A DNA stretch of 64,000 nt from Gammaproteobacteria bacterium (GCA_038142325.1 JAYQJW010000002.1:683328-747327); one strand, 5' to 3'; numbered from the stretch's first letter, positions 22,566 to 36,521 are shown. Numbers and translations: made by a program. Notes: generated by a model not told the origin, from the sequence alone.

Positions 22566-24345
22566 TATATTGATAGACCTTTATTATTCTTATTTTCATA
22601 AATAATACTTATAACAGCCCTAGTCCCAATAATTGCAGTAAACATAGATGACAGTATTCCGATTACTAGAGTAACTGCGAATCCCTTAACAACGCCTGTT
22701 CCAATAGTGAGAAGAGCAATTGCGGCAATTAATGTTGTAATGTTTGCGTCTGATATAGTTGAAAAGGCTTTATTATAGCCAGATATTATACTGGCATTGG
22801 GGCTATTGCCATTCAAAAGTTCCTCTCTAATTCTTTCATAGATTAAAACATTAGCATCCACGGCCATACCAACAGTAAGGACAATTCCTGCAATACCAGA
22901 CAGTGTCAAAGTAGCCTGAAAAAGTGACAAAGTAGCAGCTATGATTAAAATATTAGCTAGAAGTGCCAAGTTAGCAACAAAACCAAATTTCTTATAATAG
23001 ATAAACATAAAAGCTATGACCAAAATCATTCCTAGGATCATAGAGTCTCTTCCAGATATTATATTTTCACTCCCTAAGCTAGGGCCAACAGTTCTCTCTT
23101 CTATTATGGACATCGGTGCACTTAGAGAACCTGAGCGTAGTAAAATTGCTAAATCTTTAGCTTCTTGCATGTCAATTCCTGTGATTTGAAAACGTTTACT
23201 AAATGCTTCACGTATGGTTGCAACATTTATTACTCGGTTTTTATCTTGCTCAACAAATACAACTGCCATTCTATTGCCAATATTTTTAGATGTTGTTTCT
23301 AGCATATTCGATGCGCCAAAAGAACTTAAATTTACGAAAACAGCAGGCTGATTAGTTTGACCATCAAATCCTGAGTTTGCGACCTCTATGTCTTTTCCAG
23401 AGGCAATTACGTTTCGTGAGAGAAGTATGGGTGAACCATTTTTGTGTCTATATAATAACGATTCGCTAACTGTATTTGTACCTATGGTATCTGACGCTGT
23501 CCAATCATCAGGTGTTCCTTTTGTTAATCTAAATTCAAGAGTTGCTGTTGAGCCTAGAATATTTTTAGCTCTCGTTGAATCTTGTAATCCAGGAAGTTGA
23601 ACAATAATTCTATCCTTACCTTGTCTTTGGATAATAGGTTGCGAAACTCCTAATTCGTTGACACGTGATCGAAGTATAGCAAGATTTTTCTTCATAGAAG
23701 CTTTGACATCATTAGCAATTGATTCATTAGATAAGCGAGTAATTATATCTATCTGATTGTTATTATTAGATATAGTTATTTCATAGTCTGAAAATGTGTC
23801 TTTCAACGCATCAAAAATTTCAGTTTTAATTTCTTGATTTTTAATTGCAAATATTACCTCATTATTTTTCGCAGTAACATTTGTATATCTAATGCCATTA
23901 TCTATTAAAAAATTTCTTAAGTTGCTTTCTATTTGATTAAGACGTGATTTGACTACGTTGTCAGTATCAATTTGAAGCAAAAAGTGTACCCCACCTTTTA
24001 GGTCTAGTCCTAAAGAAATAGGTTTAGCGTTAATCACATCTAACCATTTGGGTATATGATTGTAGTTACTCAATGTATAATTATATTTTGAATTAGAGGA
24101 CAGCTTATTGTAAGCATTGAGCTGCTGATCAATCGAGTCAAAATAAATACTGTTGTCATCAATACCTCTATAGGAAATTGAATTCTGCTTAACCAAATTA
24201 TTTAATTCATCAGACGAAATGCTATTATCATATGCTTGAATATTTATTGAAGGATATGTGTTATAAAAATTTGGTAGTGTATATATAACAGCATACGCTA
24301 TTACTAAAGCAACTAATATATATTTCCAAAGCGGGTATTTATACA

Positions 24346-24346
<1 letters not shown>
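22565..24346 (-). CDS. secD: Protein translocase subunit SecD
   Basis: LGLDLKGGVHFLL, RVNELGV, IVQLPG, ERTVGPSLG, GMAVDANVLIYERIREE; intact 593 aa. Confidence 0.97.
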
Positions 24347-26786
<2,440 letters not shown>

Positions 26787-26845
26787 GAAATTGAATTATA
26801 GATTAAGATCATTGCAAATATAAAAAAAATTTGATAAAAAAAAGC

Positions 26846-27286
26846 ATGAGTCTTATAAAAAATTTTCCACATGACGGAATTGTCACTATCAATCGAGTCA
26901 TAATTAAAGAAGGTCATACACTAGATGAACTGCAAGAGAGGGTTGCACTAATGTGTGAAAATGTGAAGACGTATCATTCAGAGACTGGATTTATTGGAGG
27001 AATGGTTGTTTTAAACAGTGGCCAGATTTCAAACGAAGGAAGTAATGTTGGTAAAGCTCTTGATAGTAACTTGAAAAACAAAGAGGCTTTAATCATTACA
27101 TTTTGGAAATCATACGATGATCATGAAAATTCACATAAAAGCGATACTTTTCAGCCACTCTTTCAAAAGGTGATAGATCTTTGTGAGAATGGTAACGAAG
27201 AGACAGTCTACGATATGATGTGGCAAGGGGAAGCCTATTCACCTGAAATGGCAAAAATGGCTCAGATTGCAAAAGAAGATAATTAG
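26846..27286 (+). CDS. Small ferredoxin-like (dimeric alpha/beta barrel) protein resembling the N-terminal half of sulfur oxygenase reductase
   Basis: RVALMCENV...GFIGG, TFWKSYDDHENSH and GNEETVYDM parallel the SOR motifs KVC...GFVG, YWKDWKDHEEMH and GPWEPIYEI (recalled). The ORF is clean; the function is inferred. Confidence 0.6.
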   Translation: MSLIKNFPHDGIVTINRVIIKEGHTLDELQERVALMCENVKTYHSETGFIGGMVVLNSGQISNEGSNVGKALDSNLKNKEALIITFWKSYDDHENSHKSDTFQPLFQKVIDLCENGNEETVYDMMWQGEAYSPEMAKMAQIAKEDN

Positions 27287-27481
27287 ACTATCGGCGGATT
27301 CTTTTTATTTGTACGCTTGTGTCTTCCGCCAATGAGCTTATGCTTTTTTAATTTCTCATCGAGCTGTTCAAGAGTTGTATCCTTCAAGTCTTATCTCGCG
27401 TGATAATGAAATTTGTTTTTTTATGTAAAGTAGAACTAAAACAACTAAAAACGCTAAAACAAGATATATGATATAATCCAT
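27283..27481 (-). CDS. Small single-pass membrane protein (about 65 aa, one apparent frameshift), not in the ORF track
   Basis: MDYIIYLVLAFLVVLVLLYIKKQISLSREI, then after a shift DLKDTTLEQLDEKLKKHKLIGGRHKRTNKKNPPIV-stop; the stop overlaps the convergent gene's stop. Confidence 0.5.
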
Positions 27482-27515
27482 TTATACATAATATCATAAA
27501 TATAAAAAATATTAT

Positions 27516-27599
27516 GCCACTGTGGTGGAATTGGTAGACACGAGGGACTCAAAATCCCTTTTTCGCAAGAAAGTATCGGTTCGAGTCCGATCAGTGGTA
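27516..27599 (+). tRNA. tRNA-Leu (CAA), long variable arm, CCA not encoded
   Basis: Acceptor GCCACTG/CAGTGGT, D arm GTGGAATTGGTAGACAC, anticodon arm AGGGA-CTCAAAA-TCCCT, T loop GGTTCGAGTCC. Confidence 0.95.
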
Positions 27600-27619
27600 T
27601 TAAAAAAAGGAAATATAAA

Positions 27620-28612
27620 ATGAATCAAACACTAGTATGCGGAATTGGAAATGCGCTTGTTGATAGTGAATATAAGGTTGAGGACTTTGAACTAGAAAAA
27701 CTCAGCTTAACTAAAGGTTGCATGGAGTTGAATGATTACGATAATCATATTGAATTATCAAATAATCTTAAAAAGAGTCATGACGTGAAAAAAATAATGC
27801 CTGGAGGCTCAGTTGCAAATTCTTTGTATACTTTATCACAGTTTGAAATAGCAACATCATTCATAGGTAAGATAGCTGATGACGATACGGGTAATACCTT
27901 TAAAAACATTCTACAAGACGTTGGAATGAATGTTCAAACTAAGCAAGTTAATGAAGGAATTACGGGTGAATGTCTGGTTCTAATTACTCCTGATCATGAA
28001 AGAACAATGTATACACATCTAGGTGTATCATCTAATTTAAGTGTCAATGACATAAATGAAAATAATATATTGAATTGTGAATATTTGCTTATTGAAGGTT
28101 ACCTTGTTACATCAGATAGTACTCAGAATGTAGCAAATCACTGTTTGAATATTGCTTCAAATAATAATATAAAAAAAATAATTACTTTGTCAGATCCTAA
28201 TGTAGTGAGTTTTTTTAGAGATAATATGATTGAATTACTTGAAAATAAATTTGATATTATATTTTGCAATAAGCAAGAAGCCTTAAACATAGCTATGCAA
28301 GAATCTTTAGATGATTCAATTAAATTTTTACATCAATACGCTAATGAGGTAGTAGTTACATGTGGAAGCGAGGGTGCTAGCGTAAGTGTCAATGGTAATC
28401 TAACCCATGAGAAGGCTGACCCAGCGCAACCTGTTGATTTAACGGGTGCGGGTGATATGTTTTTAGCTGCATACTTATTTGCTAAATTTAACAACAAAAC
28501 TACATCAGAATGTATAATGTTCTCAAATCTTTGTTCTGGTAAAGTTATAGAAATATATGGTGCCAAGCTGGAAAGTCGCAATGATTATATTAAGCTCAAA
28601 TCAAAGTTATAA
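27620..28612 (+). CDS. PfkB family carbohydrate/adenosine kinase
   Basis: GIGNALVD, GGSVANS, TGECLVLITPDHERTMYTHLG, FCNKQEA, VDLTGAGDMF. Confidence 0.9.
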   Translation: MNQTLVCGIGNALVDSEYKVEDFELEKLSLTKGCMELNDYDNHIELSNNLKKSHDVKKIMPGGSVANSLYTLSQFEIATSFIGKIADDDTGNTFKNILQDVGMNVQTKQVNEGITGECLVLITPDHERTMYTHLGVSSNLSVNDINENNILNCEYLLIEGYLVTSDSTQNVANHCLNIASNNNIKKIITLSDPNVVSFFRDNMIELLENKFDIIFCNKQEALNIAMQESLDDSIKFLHQYANEVVVTCGSEGASVSVNGNLTHEKADPAQPVDLTGAGDMFLAAYLFAKFNNKTTSECIMFSNLCSGKVIEIYGAKLESRNDYIKLKSKL

Positions 28613-29287
28613 TTCTGAAACTAGTTTTCTCAGAGTTTCATTAGGTTTATTACTGGCGGTAATACTTCTGCCAAGAACTAGATAGTCGGATCCTAATTCA
28701 AGCGCTTCTCTAGGAGAAATTACTCTATGATGATCATCAATATTTTTGTCTATTCTTATTCCTGGAGTCACAAAAATCATATTTGTATCATCAAGAATAT
28801 TAATATCAAATGGTGAGCATACAAAACCGTCCAGTCCTGATTCCAGACCTATCACCTTTAATCTTTTAAGTTGATCATCTCTATTACAACCATAAACAGA
28901 AAAACAGTCATCATCAGAAAGTGAAGTTAAAGCAGTTACGCCTAACAATATACATGATGATTGAGAATCTTGTTTTGCTTTTGATGCTTGCAATGCCATA
29001 TTAAGTCCACCGGACAAATGAATATTTAACATCCAAATATCTAATGATAATGCTGAAAGACATGCCTTATAAACAGTAGTAGGTATATCATGAAACTTCA
29101 AATCAAGGAATATATCAAAACCTTTTTTTTGAATATCAAAAACTATTTTTGGGCCATATTTTGTAAAGAGTTCTTTACCTATTTTCATACGACATAGGCT
29201 GGGATCAATATTATCAATAAATCTCATCACATCATTAATATCATGATAATCTAGTGCAACTATTATTTTTTTTTCATTAAGCATCAA
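28607..29287 (-). CDS. pyrF: Orotidine-5'-phosphate decarboxylase
   Basis: IIVALD, KIGKELFT, FLDLKFHDIPTTV, VTPGIR, LVLGRSIT. Confidence 0.96.
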   Translation of the reverse strand: MMLNEKKIIVALDYHDINDVMRFIDNIDPSLCRMKIGKELFTKYGPKIVFDIQKKGFDIFLDLKFHDIPTTVYKACLSALSLDIWMLNIHLSGGLNMALQASKAKQDSQSSCILLGVTALTSLSDDDCFSVYGCNRDDQLKRLKVIGLESGLDGFVCSPFDINILDDTNMIFVTPGIRIDKNIDDHHRVISPREALELGSDYLVLGRSITASNKPNETLRKLVSEL

Positions 29288-30425
29288 TAGTCATTTTGTC
29301 ATTTATAGTATTAAGTTCAATAGTTTCCCATCTGTTACATGAAGGGCATTGCCAAATATAATTATTTGAGGCATAACCACAGTTATTACATTTATATGAT
29401 ATAAAATTATCTTTCAATAATTCTATTAGATTAGGTTGTGAGTCTTCTACATTATTCTCGTTTGCATGAAGATTAATATAAATTTTAGCAAATGAATTAT
29501 TATTCATTTTATAAATATATTCATCAGGAACTTTATGATTATTCAGGTTAAATAAAAATTCATAAATATCAGGAGAAAATAAATTTTCAGTTGAATTATT
29601 TACTATAAGTTCATATAGCATTTCATCCAGATCTGGATTTTGATGAAGGTAAGATAATTTGAGAATTTCATTTGATGAAATCAAAATAAAATCGGATTTA
29701 ATTTGGATTAATTTTTTAAGATAATCAAATGATAGTTTGAAATTAGAATTCATATTTAATTCAAAGAGATATTTGTATGCTCGCGAGCATTGATCATTTA
29801 TATCAATTGCATTTTTTAAAACTGTAATACTTTTGTTGTTTTGATTATCTTTTCTATAATATTCGGATTTTTCACAATAATAATTTGATAGTAATTTATC
29901 TCTAGATATATTTCTTATAGTATCTACCTTTAAGCTTTTACATAAATTAATAGCTTTGTCCCAATCTTTTGATAGTTCATAAATAAGTAAAAGGTACTCA
30001 TTGCAAGTAGGCTGATAAATTTTATTATCTTTCAAATTTAATAATATTTTTTCAGATTTATCATATAGACCAGCTGAGAAAAAATCTTTTGATAATTCAT
30101 ACAATGACTGATTTTTAATACTTTTATCTAAATTCGGCCTTGATAATAAATTCTGGTGAATGAGTATTGCTTTGTCAAACTCTCCTCTACGTCTATATAC
30201 ACCACCAAGAGCTAGATGAGTTTCAATTGTTGAACTATCAACATCTATTAAATCCGTAAAAATTTTCAGAGCTTTATCATCTTCATTGTTAAGCAAATAG
30301 TTAAGGCCTCTATAATATTCAGCGCTATAGATCGGCGGAGTACTATTATTTTGTATTGATGTTCTCTTGAAGAGGTAAATTATAGTAACGACTAGAATAA
30401 TTACAGCTATTATTGTTTCAATCAT
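29277..30425 (-). CDS. lapB: LPS assembly protein B (TPR repeats plus rubredoxin domain)
   Basis: N-terminal TM, YYRGLNYLLN, ETHLALGGVYRRRGEFDKAILIHQNL, C-terminal CNNCGY...WQCPSC. Confidence 0.93.
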   Translation of the reverse strand: MIETIIAVIILVVTIIYLFKRTSIQNNSTPPIYSAEYYRGLNYLLNNEDDKALKIFTDLIDVDSSTIETHLALGGVYRRRGEFDKAILIHQNLLSRPNLDKSIKNQSLYELSKDFFSAGLYDKSEKILLNLKDNKIYQPTCNEYLLLIYELSKDWDKAINLCKSLKVDTIRNISRDKLLSNYYCEKSEYYRKDNQNNKSITVLKNAIDINDQCSRAYKYLFELNMNSNFKLSFDYLKKLIQIKSDFILISSNEILKLSYLHQNPDLDEMLYELIVNNSTENLFSPDIYEFLFNLNNHKVPDEYIYKMNNNSFAKIYINLHANENNVEDSQPNLIELLKDNFISYKCNNCGYASNNYIWQCPSCNRWETIELNTINDKMTIDA

Positions 30426-30745
30426 TCAGTCCCATCTCTTAATGGATTTCTCCTTAGATTGTCTAATTCTTGTTTATTATTCTCAAGGGATATTTTCATT
30501 TGCCGCATTCTTTTTTTGTATGAAAAAACAATAACGACAAGATATATCAAAGTTGTGAGAGCTCCGATAATAAATGAATAAAGTATTATAATTGAAAGTG
30601 ACGTTTCGTATGATTTCACGTATAGGTCAACAGTTGTAATGACAGTATTGTTTGTTGCCACTACGACGGCTATTACTACTAAAGCAATAGTTACCAGAGA
30701 AAAAATAGTCTTCCCATTTACGTATTCTAAAATAAAATTCAGCAA
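30422..30745 (-). CDS. lapA: LPS assembly protein A-like (two TM helices plus coiled coil)
   Basis: Two TM segments, C-terminal ELDNLRRNPLRD, position between ihfB and lapB. Confidence 0.8.
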   Translation of the reverse strand: MLNFILEYVNGKTIFSLVTIALVVIAVVVATNNTVITTVDLYVKSYETSLSIIILYSFIIGALTTLIYLVVIVFSYKKRMRQMKISLENNKQELDNLRRNPLRDGTE

Positions 30746-30754
30746 ATCAATAGG

Positions 30755-31033
30755 TTAAATATTATTTACTCGTGCTTTAAGTTCTTTGCTTGGTTTAAAA
30801 TGTATTGTATTTCTTCTTTCAAGTGCACTCTTCTCTCCAGTCTTTGGGTTTCTTGCAATTCTTGATTGATGTGTATGAAGACTAAATGAACCAAAGCCTC
30901 TAATTTCTATCCTCTCGCCCTTGTATAAGTTGGTTCCCATATAATCTATCATTCTTTTAATTGAATAATCTATATCAGAAATATTAAGATTATTAACCTT
31001 TGAAACGAGATCAATTATGTCAGATTTATTCAC
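30755..31033 (-). CDS. ihfB: Integration host factor beta subunit
   Basis: GERIEIRGFGSFSLH, RNPKTGE, HFKPSKELKARVN; follows rpsA. Confidence 0.93.
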   Translation of the reverse strand: MNKSDIIDLVSKVNNLNISDIDYSIKRMIDYMGTNLYKGERIEIRGFGSFSLHTHQSRIARNPKTGEKSALERRNTIHFKPSKELKARVNNI

Positions 31034-32600
31034 TATTTTTTTGTAATGTACATATCAATTGATGATTTTTCTTATCAATTGACTTGATATCACATTTGAT
31101 GGTTTGTGAAATTTCAAATTTATTGGATTCAAGGATATCTTTTAATTCTTTTTGTAAAAGTTTGAGTGAGCCAGTTAAAGATCCGTTTATCTTAAGGTAT
31201 ACGCCTGTTTCAGATATACTTACAATCTCGGCGTCAACTGAACTTCCTATCTCAATATTTTCAGTCAGTTTTAAAAAATTAGATTCTATAAATTGTTTAA
31301 TACCAAGTGAAATTCTCTCTCTATCAGAGTCAATTGAGATTACGACGAAATCGATTTGATCACCCTTTTTATATGTTCTTATAAAGTCTTCAGGCTTGCC
31401 AAGGCTAGTAATGTCAGAAATGTGAACTAGGCCATCAATCCCTCCTTCTAAACCAACAAAAATTCCAAAATCAGTGATAGATTTGATTTCACATCTAAGC
31501 TCATCACCCTTTTGATGATTATTTGAAAACTCAATCCATGGATTTGGCAAACACTGTTTATAACTTAACGATAGTCGTCTTTTATCATCATCTATTTCGA
31601 TTACCTTAACATTGATTTTATCGCCAAGATTAAGTACTTTGTTTGGATTTATATTTTTATTAGTCCAATCAAGTTCAGATGTGCGAACTAAACCCTCTAT
31701 GTTATTTCCTAAATCTACAAAAACACCGTAGTCTGCAATATTAACAACCGTACTTTCATAAACTTCATTGAGCTCAATATTTCCATCAACTTTTTCCCAT
31801 GGATCTTCAGTTAATTGTTTCATGCCAAGGCTTACTCGGTTCTTGTCTTCATCATATTTCAAAACAGAAACCTCAATTTCATCACCAACTTTAAGTACTT
31901 CTTGAGGATGGTTAATTCGTTTCCATGAAATATCTGTGATATGCAATAGTCCATCCATGCCTCCAAGATCAATGAATGCGCCATAATCTGTTAAGTTTTT
32001 AACAAAACCTTTTGTAACATTACCTTCAGCATATTTTTCTTTGATCTCTTCACTGCTTGAATTTTGATCCAACAAAACAGCTTTTCTTGATAAAACGATA
32101 TTGTTTCTTACTTTGTCCATTTTAATTATTTTAAAATCAAGAGTTTTCCCTTCAAGGTAGTCCGTCTCTTTAGTTGGTCTAACATCAACCAATGATCCAG
32201 GTAGGAAAGCCTTTACATCCATTAATTCAACAGTGAACCCACCTTTAACTTTGCCGCAAACTTTCCCAGATATTATTTCTTGATTATCAAGATAATTTTC
32301 AAGAGTCGACCATACTTTGATTCTTTTTGCTTTTTCTCGTGAAAGTATGGTTTCTCCATAACCATCCTCTACAAGATCAAGTGTTACTTCCACAGTATCA
32401 CCTATGGAGACTTCAAGCTCGCCATCGGAGTTCATGAACTGTTGTTTTGGAATAATTCCTTCTGATTTAAGACCAGCGCTTGTGATTACAAAATCATTTT
32501 TGATGTCTATTACTTTAGCAGGGATTATTTCACCCGGAGTCATGTTAAGCTTAGATATATTAGATTCTAATAATTCTTCAAATTCTGTTAACGTTGCCAT
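31026..32600 (-). CDS. rpsA: 30S ribosomal protein S1
   Basis: Repeated S1 domains (AFLPGSLVD, DYGAFIDLGG.DGLLHITD, DFGIFVGLEGGIDGLVHISD); the last repeat is degenerate. Confidence 0.96.
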   Translation of the reverse strand: MATLTEFEELLESNISKLNMTPGEIIPAKVIDIKNDFVITSAGLKSEGIIPKQQFMNSDGELEVSIGDTVEVTLDLVEDGYGETILSREKAKRIKVWSTLENYLDNQEIISGKVCGKVKGGFTVELMDVKAFLPGSLVDVRPTKETDYLEGKTLDFKIIKMDKVRNNIVLSRKAVLLDQNSSSEEIKEKYAEGNVTKGFVKNLTDYGAFIDLGGMDGLLHITDISWKRINHPQEVLKVGDEIEVSVLKYDEDKNRVSLGMKQLTEDPWEKVDGNIELNEVYESTVVNIADYGVFVDLGNNIEGLVRTSELDWTNKNINPNKVLNLGDKINVKVIEIDDDKRRLSLSYKQCLPNPWIEFSNNHQKGDELRCEIKSITDFGIFVGLEGGIDGLVHISDITSLGKPEDFIRTYKKGDQIDFVVISIDSDRERISLGIKQFIESNFLKLTENIEIGSSVDAEIVSISETGVYLKINGSLTGSLKLLQKELKDILESNKFEISQTIKCDIKSIDKKNHQLICTLQKNSE

Positions 32601-32612
32601 ATATAATAGTAA

Positions 32613-33290
32613 TTAATTTTTAGATATAGTATACAAATTTAATATTTTATCAACAATTGCATCAGGATTAAGGTGAGAAGAATCAAGTATCACAGCATTA
32701 TCAGGCACTTTTAGTGGTGAAATTGCCCTATTCTTATCACTTTCATCTCTTTTTTTTAATAATTCTAAAATATTCTCCAAACTAACAGATTCGCCTTTAT
32801 CACATAATTCCTTATGTCGTCTTTGTGCTCGTATCTCAAGAGATGCACTAATGAAGAGTTTAAGTTGTGCATTCGGATAGACTTCCGTACCCATATCTCT
32901 CCCGTTTGCTATTAATCCTTCACCTTGTATACATGAATGTTGAATGTGTAACATTTGACTTCTTACTTCAGGAATTTTGGAAACTTTGGATGCGCTTTTT
33001 CCAACTTCCTCAGTATATAGCAGATGGTCAATTTTAGTATTATCTGCATATACCTCATACTCAGAATTATTATTTAATTTAAGGTTTATGCTTGAAATAA
33101 GTTCCATTATTTTAGGAATATTATTAACTGAAAAATCAGATTGTGATAAAAGATATCCTGCAGATCTATAAAGTTTTCCGCTATCTAATAAACTAAAATT
33201 AAGTTTTTTAGCAAGTATGCGAGATATAGTTGTCTTTCCAGAACCGCTTGTACCATCCATAGTGATAATATATGTAGAACTATACTTCAA
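32613..33290 (-). CDS. cmk: Cytidylate kinase
   Basis: DGTSGSGKTT, LDSGKLYR, GRDMGTEVYP, RDESDKNRAISPL. Confidence 0.95.
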   Translation of the reverse strand: MKYSSTYIITMDGTSGSGKTTISRILAKKLNFSLLDSGKLYRSAGYLLSQSDFSVNNIPKIMELISSINLKLNNNSEYEVYADNTKIDHLLYTEEVGKSASKVSKIPEVRSQMLHIQHSCIQGEGLIANGRDMGTEVYPNAQLKLFISASLEIRAQRRHKELCDKGESVSLENILELLKKRDESDKNRAISPLKVPDNAVILDSSHLNPDAIVDKILNLYTISKN

Positions 33291-34585
33291 AGATTTCTAC
33301 TCCTTGCTCTCTCAATAAAGAGATAAATGTCGGAAAAGATGTGGCAATATTTTTTGTATCAATAATTGTTATTGATTTTTTAGCTACAAGTCCAGCTACT
33401 GCAAATGACATAGCAATACGATGATCGCCATAGCTTTTTATTTTTCCACCCGATATTTTACCTCCAGTTATTTCGATAGAGTCTTTGGTAGAGTTAACAT
33501 CTATCCCAATAGATTTTAATCCTTCTTCCATAGACTTAATTCTGTCACTTTCTTTATGTCTTAATTCTTCAATTCCGGATATTGTAGATTTTCCCGCTGC
33601 TAATGCACATGCAATGAAGAGTATAGGTAACTCATCAATTAGAGACGGAATGATATCTCCATCAATATGAATAGATTTAAGATTAGAGCACTTAACTCTT
33701 ATATCACCAATAAGTTCATTTGAAATTAAGTTTTGTATTGGTAATAGAAATATTGCCTCCCATGTTTTTTAAAACAGTAATGAGTCCAGTTCTGTAAATA
33801 TTAATATTAATATTTCGAAAAAGTAATTCAGATCCATCTACAATCAAGGCAGCCACGATGAAAAAAGCTGCCGATGAAATATCTGATCCAATTTCAATAT
33901 CTTTTGCTATTAATGTTTGTCTCCCTTTGAATGATAATGAATTTTCACTTCTATCAATTTTATAATTAAAATGTTGAAGTAAATTTTCAGTATGATCTCT
34001 AGTTGGAATTGTTTCATAAAATGTTGATTCTCCCTCAATGAACAACGCTGCTAGAATTAGACATGATTTAACTTGTGCACTTGCTATAGACTGATTATAT
34101 CTTATAGGTGAAAGGCCAGTACATTTATCAATAACAATAGGTGCTTTATGATTATTAGATGATATTTGGGCACCAGAATTTACTAGAGGCTCTATTATTC
34201 TTGCCATTGGTCTTTTTCTCAATGAATCATCTCCAGTCAATGTAGATGTAAAATTTTGTGATACGAGGATGCCTGACAATAATCTTATCAAAGTTCCAGA
34301 ATTACCAGCGTCAATCATAACGTCAGGTTGTTTAAGTCCATCTAATCCTATGCCGTTGATTATAATTTCATCTTCAACAAATGAAATATCAGCACCTAAT
34401 AATTTCATTGCTGAGACAGTCGCAAGACAGTCATTAGAATTTAGGAAGTTTTTAATTTTAAGTGTTCCAGATGATATTGAACCTAGAATGATGCTTCGAT
34501 GAGATATCGATTTATCACCAGGAATTCTTACCAGCCCAATAAGGGGTTTTGATTTATTTACGATAAGATTATTTGACAAATTCAT
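33280..34585 (-). CDS. aroA: 3-phosphoshikimate 1-carboxyvinyltransferase (EPSP synthase), split by apparent frameshift(s) near 33540-33730
   Basis: PGDKSISHR, DAGNSGT, LRKRPMAR, ASAQVKS, TRDHTE, ELRHKESDRI, DHRIAMSF. Confidence 0.95.
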
Positions 34586-35432
34586 CGAGTTTTCTGTCCA
34601 ATTTCCTCTAAAAGTTTATGTATCTTATCGTAACTCGATGAATCAAGAAGGCTCTTGAAGTTTTCTAATATTTTTTTGAATACGATCTAATGATTCAGAT
34701 ATATTTTTACTATTATTAAAAAATATATCTGACCACATAGTGGGGTCGCTTTTGCTTAATCTTACATGTTCTTTGATCCCGCCGCCAAGCAATAAAGGAA
34801 GATGATTATCTAGAATAGATTGTGGTAGTGCCTGAATGAAGATGTAAGCCATTAAATGTGCAACATGACTTGTCTGAGACATTAATGAATCATGAACAGT
34901 ATGGCTTATGTTGTGTGTTTGCGCTCCAATAGATTCCCAAAATTTTTTCAATTTAAGATATTGGGTTTTTGATGAATTATTATTATCAATTAAAAAGACT
35001 ACTTTATCCTTATACATATCATTTTTACTGTTTGAAAACGAGGTCTTTTCAGAGCCTACCATTGGGTGTGAACTAATAAAGTTACTCCCGCTCTTCTTTA
35101 TAAGGTCAGCAGTTTTAAGATAAGTTTTACCTTTGGAGCTGCCTATGTCAGTTATTAATGTATTCTTATTAATGTACGGAATTATTTTTTTGATTAGCAG
35201 CTCATAAGCACTCAATGGCGTACAAAGAGATTATAATATCAGGTCTAGTAATCGCTGAAAAATCATCGATTGCAAAATCGATAATTTTATTTTTAAGACA
35301 ATACTCTATTGATTTATGATTCAGATCGTAAGCAGATATATTATAATTCAGGTTATACTTTTTAATGGACTTACACAATGATGTGCCCATCATGCCTAAT
35401 CCAATTATATATATTTTTTTAAGTCTCTTCAT
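34582..35432 (-). CDS. tyrA: Prephenate dehydrogenase (TyrA family), two apparent frameshifts
   Basis: IIGLGMMGTS, ITDIGSSK, SHPMVGSEK, HDSLMSQTSHVAH, MWSDIF; between hisC and aroA. Confidence 0.88.
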
Positions 35433-36521
35433 GATAGAAAGATACTAACGCTTTCGAAAATTTTTTCATATCATTTTGAGTGCCAATGGAGACTCTGAGA
35501 TAGTTTGGGAGTTTGTAATTATCAAGTGGACGCAAAACGATACTCTTTTTAAGCATGTAATCAAACAATTTTTTTGAGTTTGGGCCAACATTAAACGTTA
35601 TAAAATTACAGTATGTACCTAAATAGCTTATAGAAAGTTTATCAAATAGATTTGTTATTTGAGAAACAGCACTAAAATTATTTGTTTTGCTTATTTTAAT
35701 AAATTTCTTATCTTTTATTGCAATTTCTGCACATTTTTGTGCGAAAAGGTTAGTATTAAAAGGTTGCTTGTAAAGCGTAAGGTTTTCTATATTTTTGTAA
35801 TTAGAAACTCCATAGCCAATCCGTAATGAGGCTAATCCAAATATTTTAGAAAAGGATCTTGTGACATATAAATTATTATATTTTCTTAAAAGAGTCACGG
35901 CGCTAGGATTGATAGAAGAATTCAAATATTCATAATATGCTTCATCAATGACAATCGAAATATTTTTAGGTATAGATCTTATAAACTCATCAATTTTAGA
36001 TATTTTAATATATGTTCCAGTTGGATTAGCTGGATTAGCAATGAAAATTAATTTAGTTTTTTTAGATATTTTTTGTTTAACAGATTCTAAATCTATGCCT
36101 AAATAATTATCAGTATTTATATTTCTATCGGGTTTACTGGTAATAACTTTCGCTTTTTGAAGTTTAGATATAATCTCATAAACAAGGAAAGAGTGTTTGG
36201 GAATTATTACTTCAGATGAACTGTCTAACAATGAGCGTGAGATGAATTCAAGAATCTCATTACTGCCATTACCTAGAATAATATTTTTTGCTGAAATGTT
36301 AGATCCAAGTGATTGTGCAATAGAGTCTTGCAAGATTGAGAGGTTTACTCTCTGGATATAGATTGATTTGATGTTTATATTTAGTTATATATCTGGCAAC
36401 TTTATCTGATATAAATGGATTCTCATTGGATGAAAGCTTGATGATTCGATTAACATTATATTTCTTACGAACATCGTTTATATTAAATCCAGGTGTATAT
36501 TGAATAATTTTTTTCTGCCAC
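35419..36521 (-). CDS. hisC: Histidinol-phosphate aminotransferase family, N-terminus separated by an apparent frameshift
   Basis: YTPG...IIKLSSNENP...YP read upstream of 36333; GNGSNEI, IANPANPTG, VIDEAYYEY, RSFSKIFGLASLRIGY. Confidence 0.9.

Noticed and set aside
31026-31270. Degenerate last S1 repeat of RpsA
   Set aside because: The terminal S1 domain is the least conserved one; this is ordinary drift.
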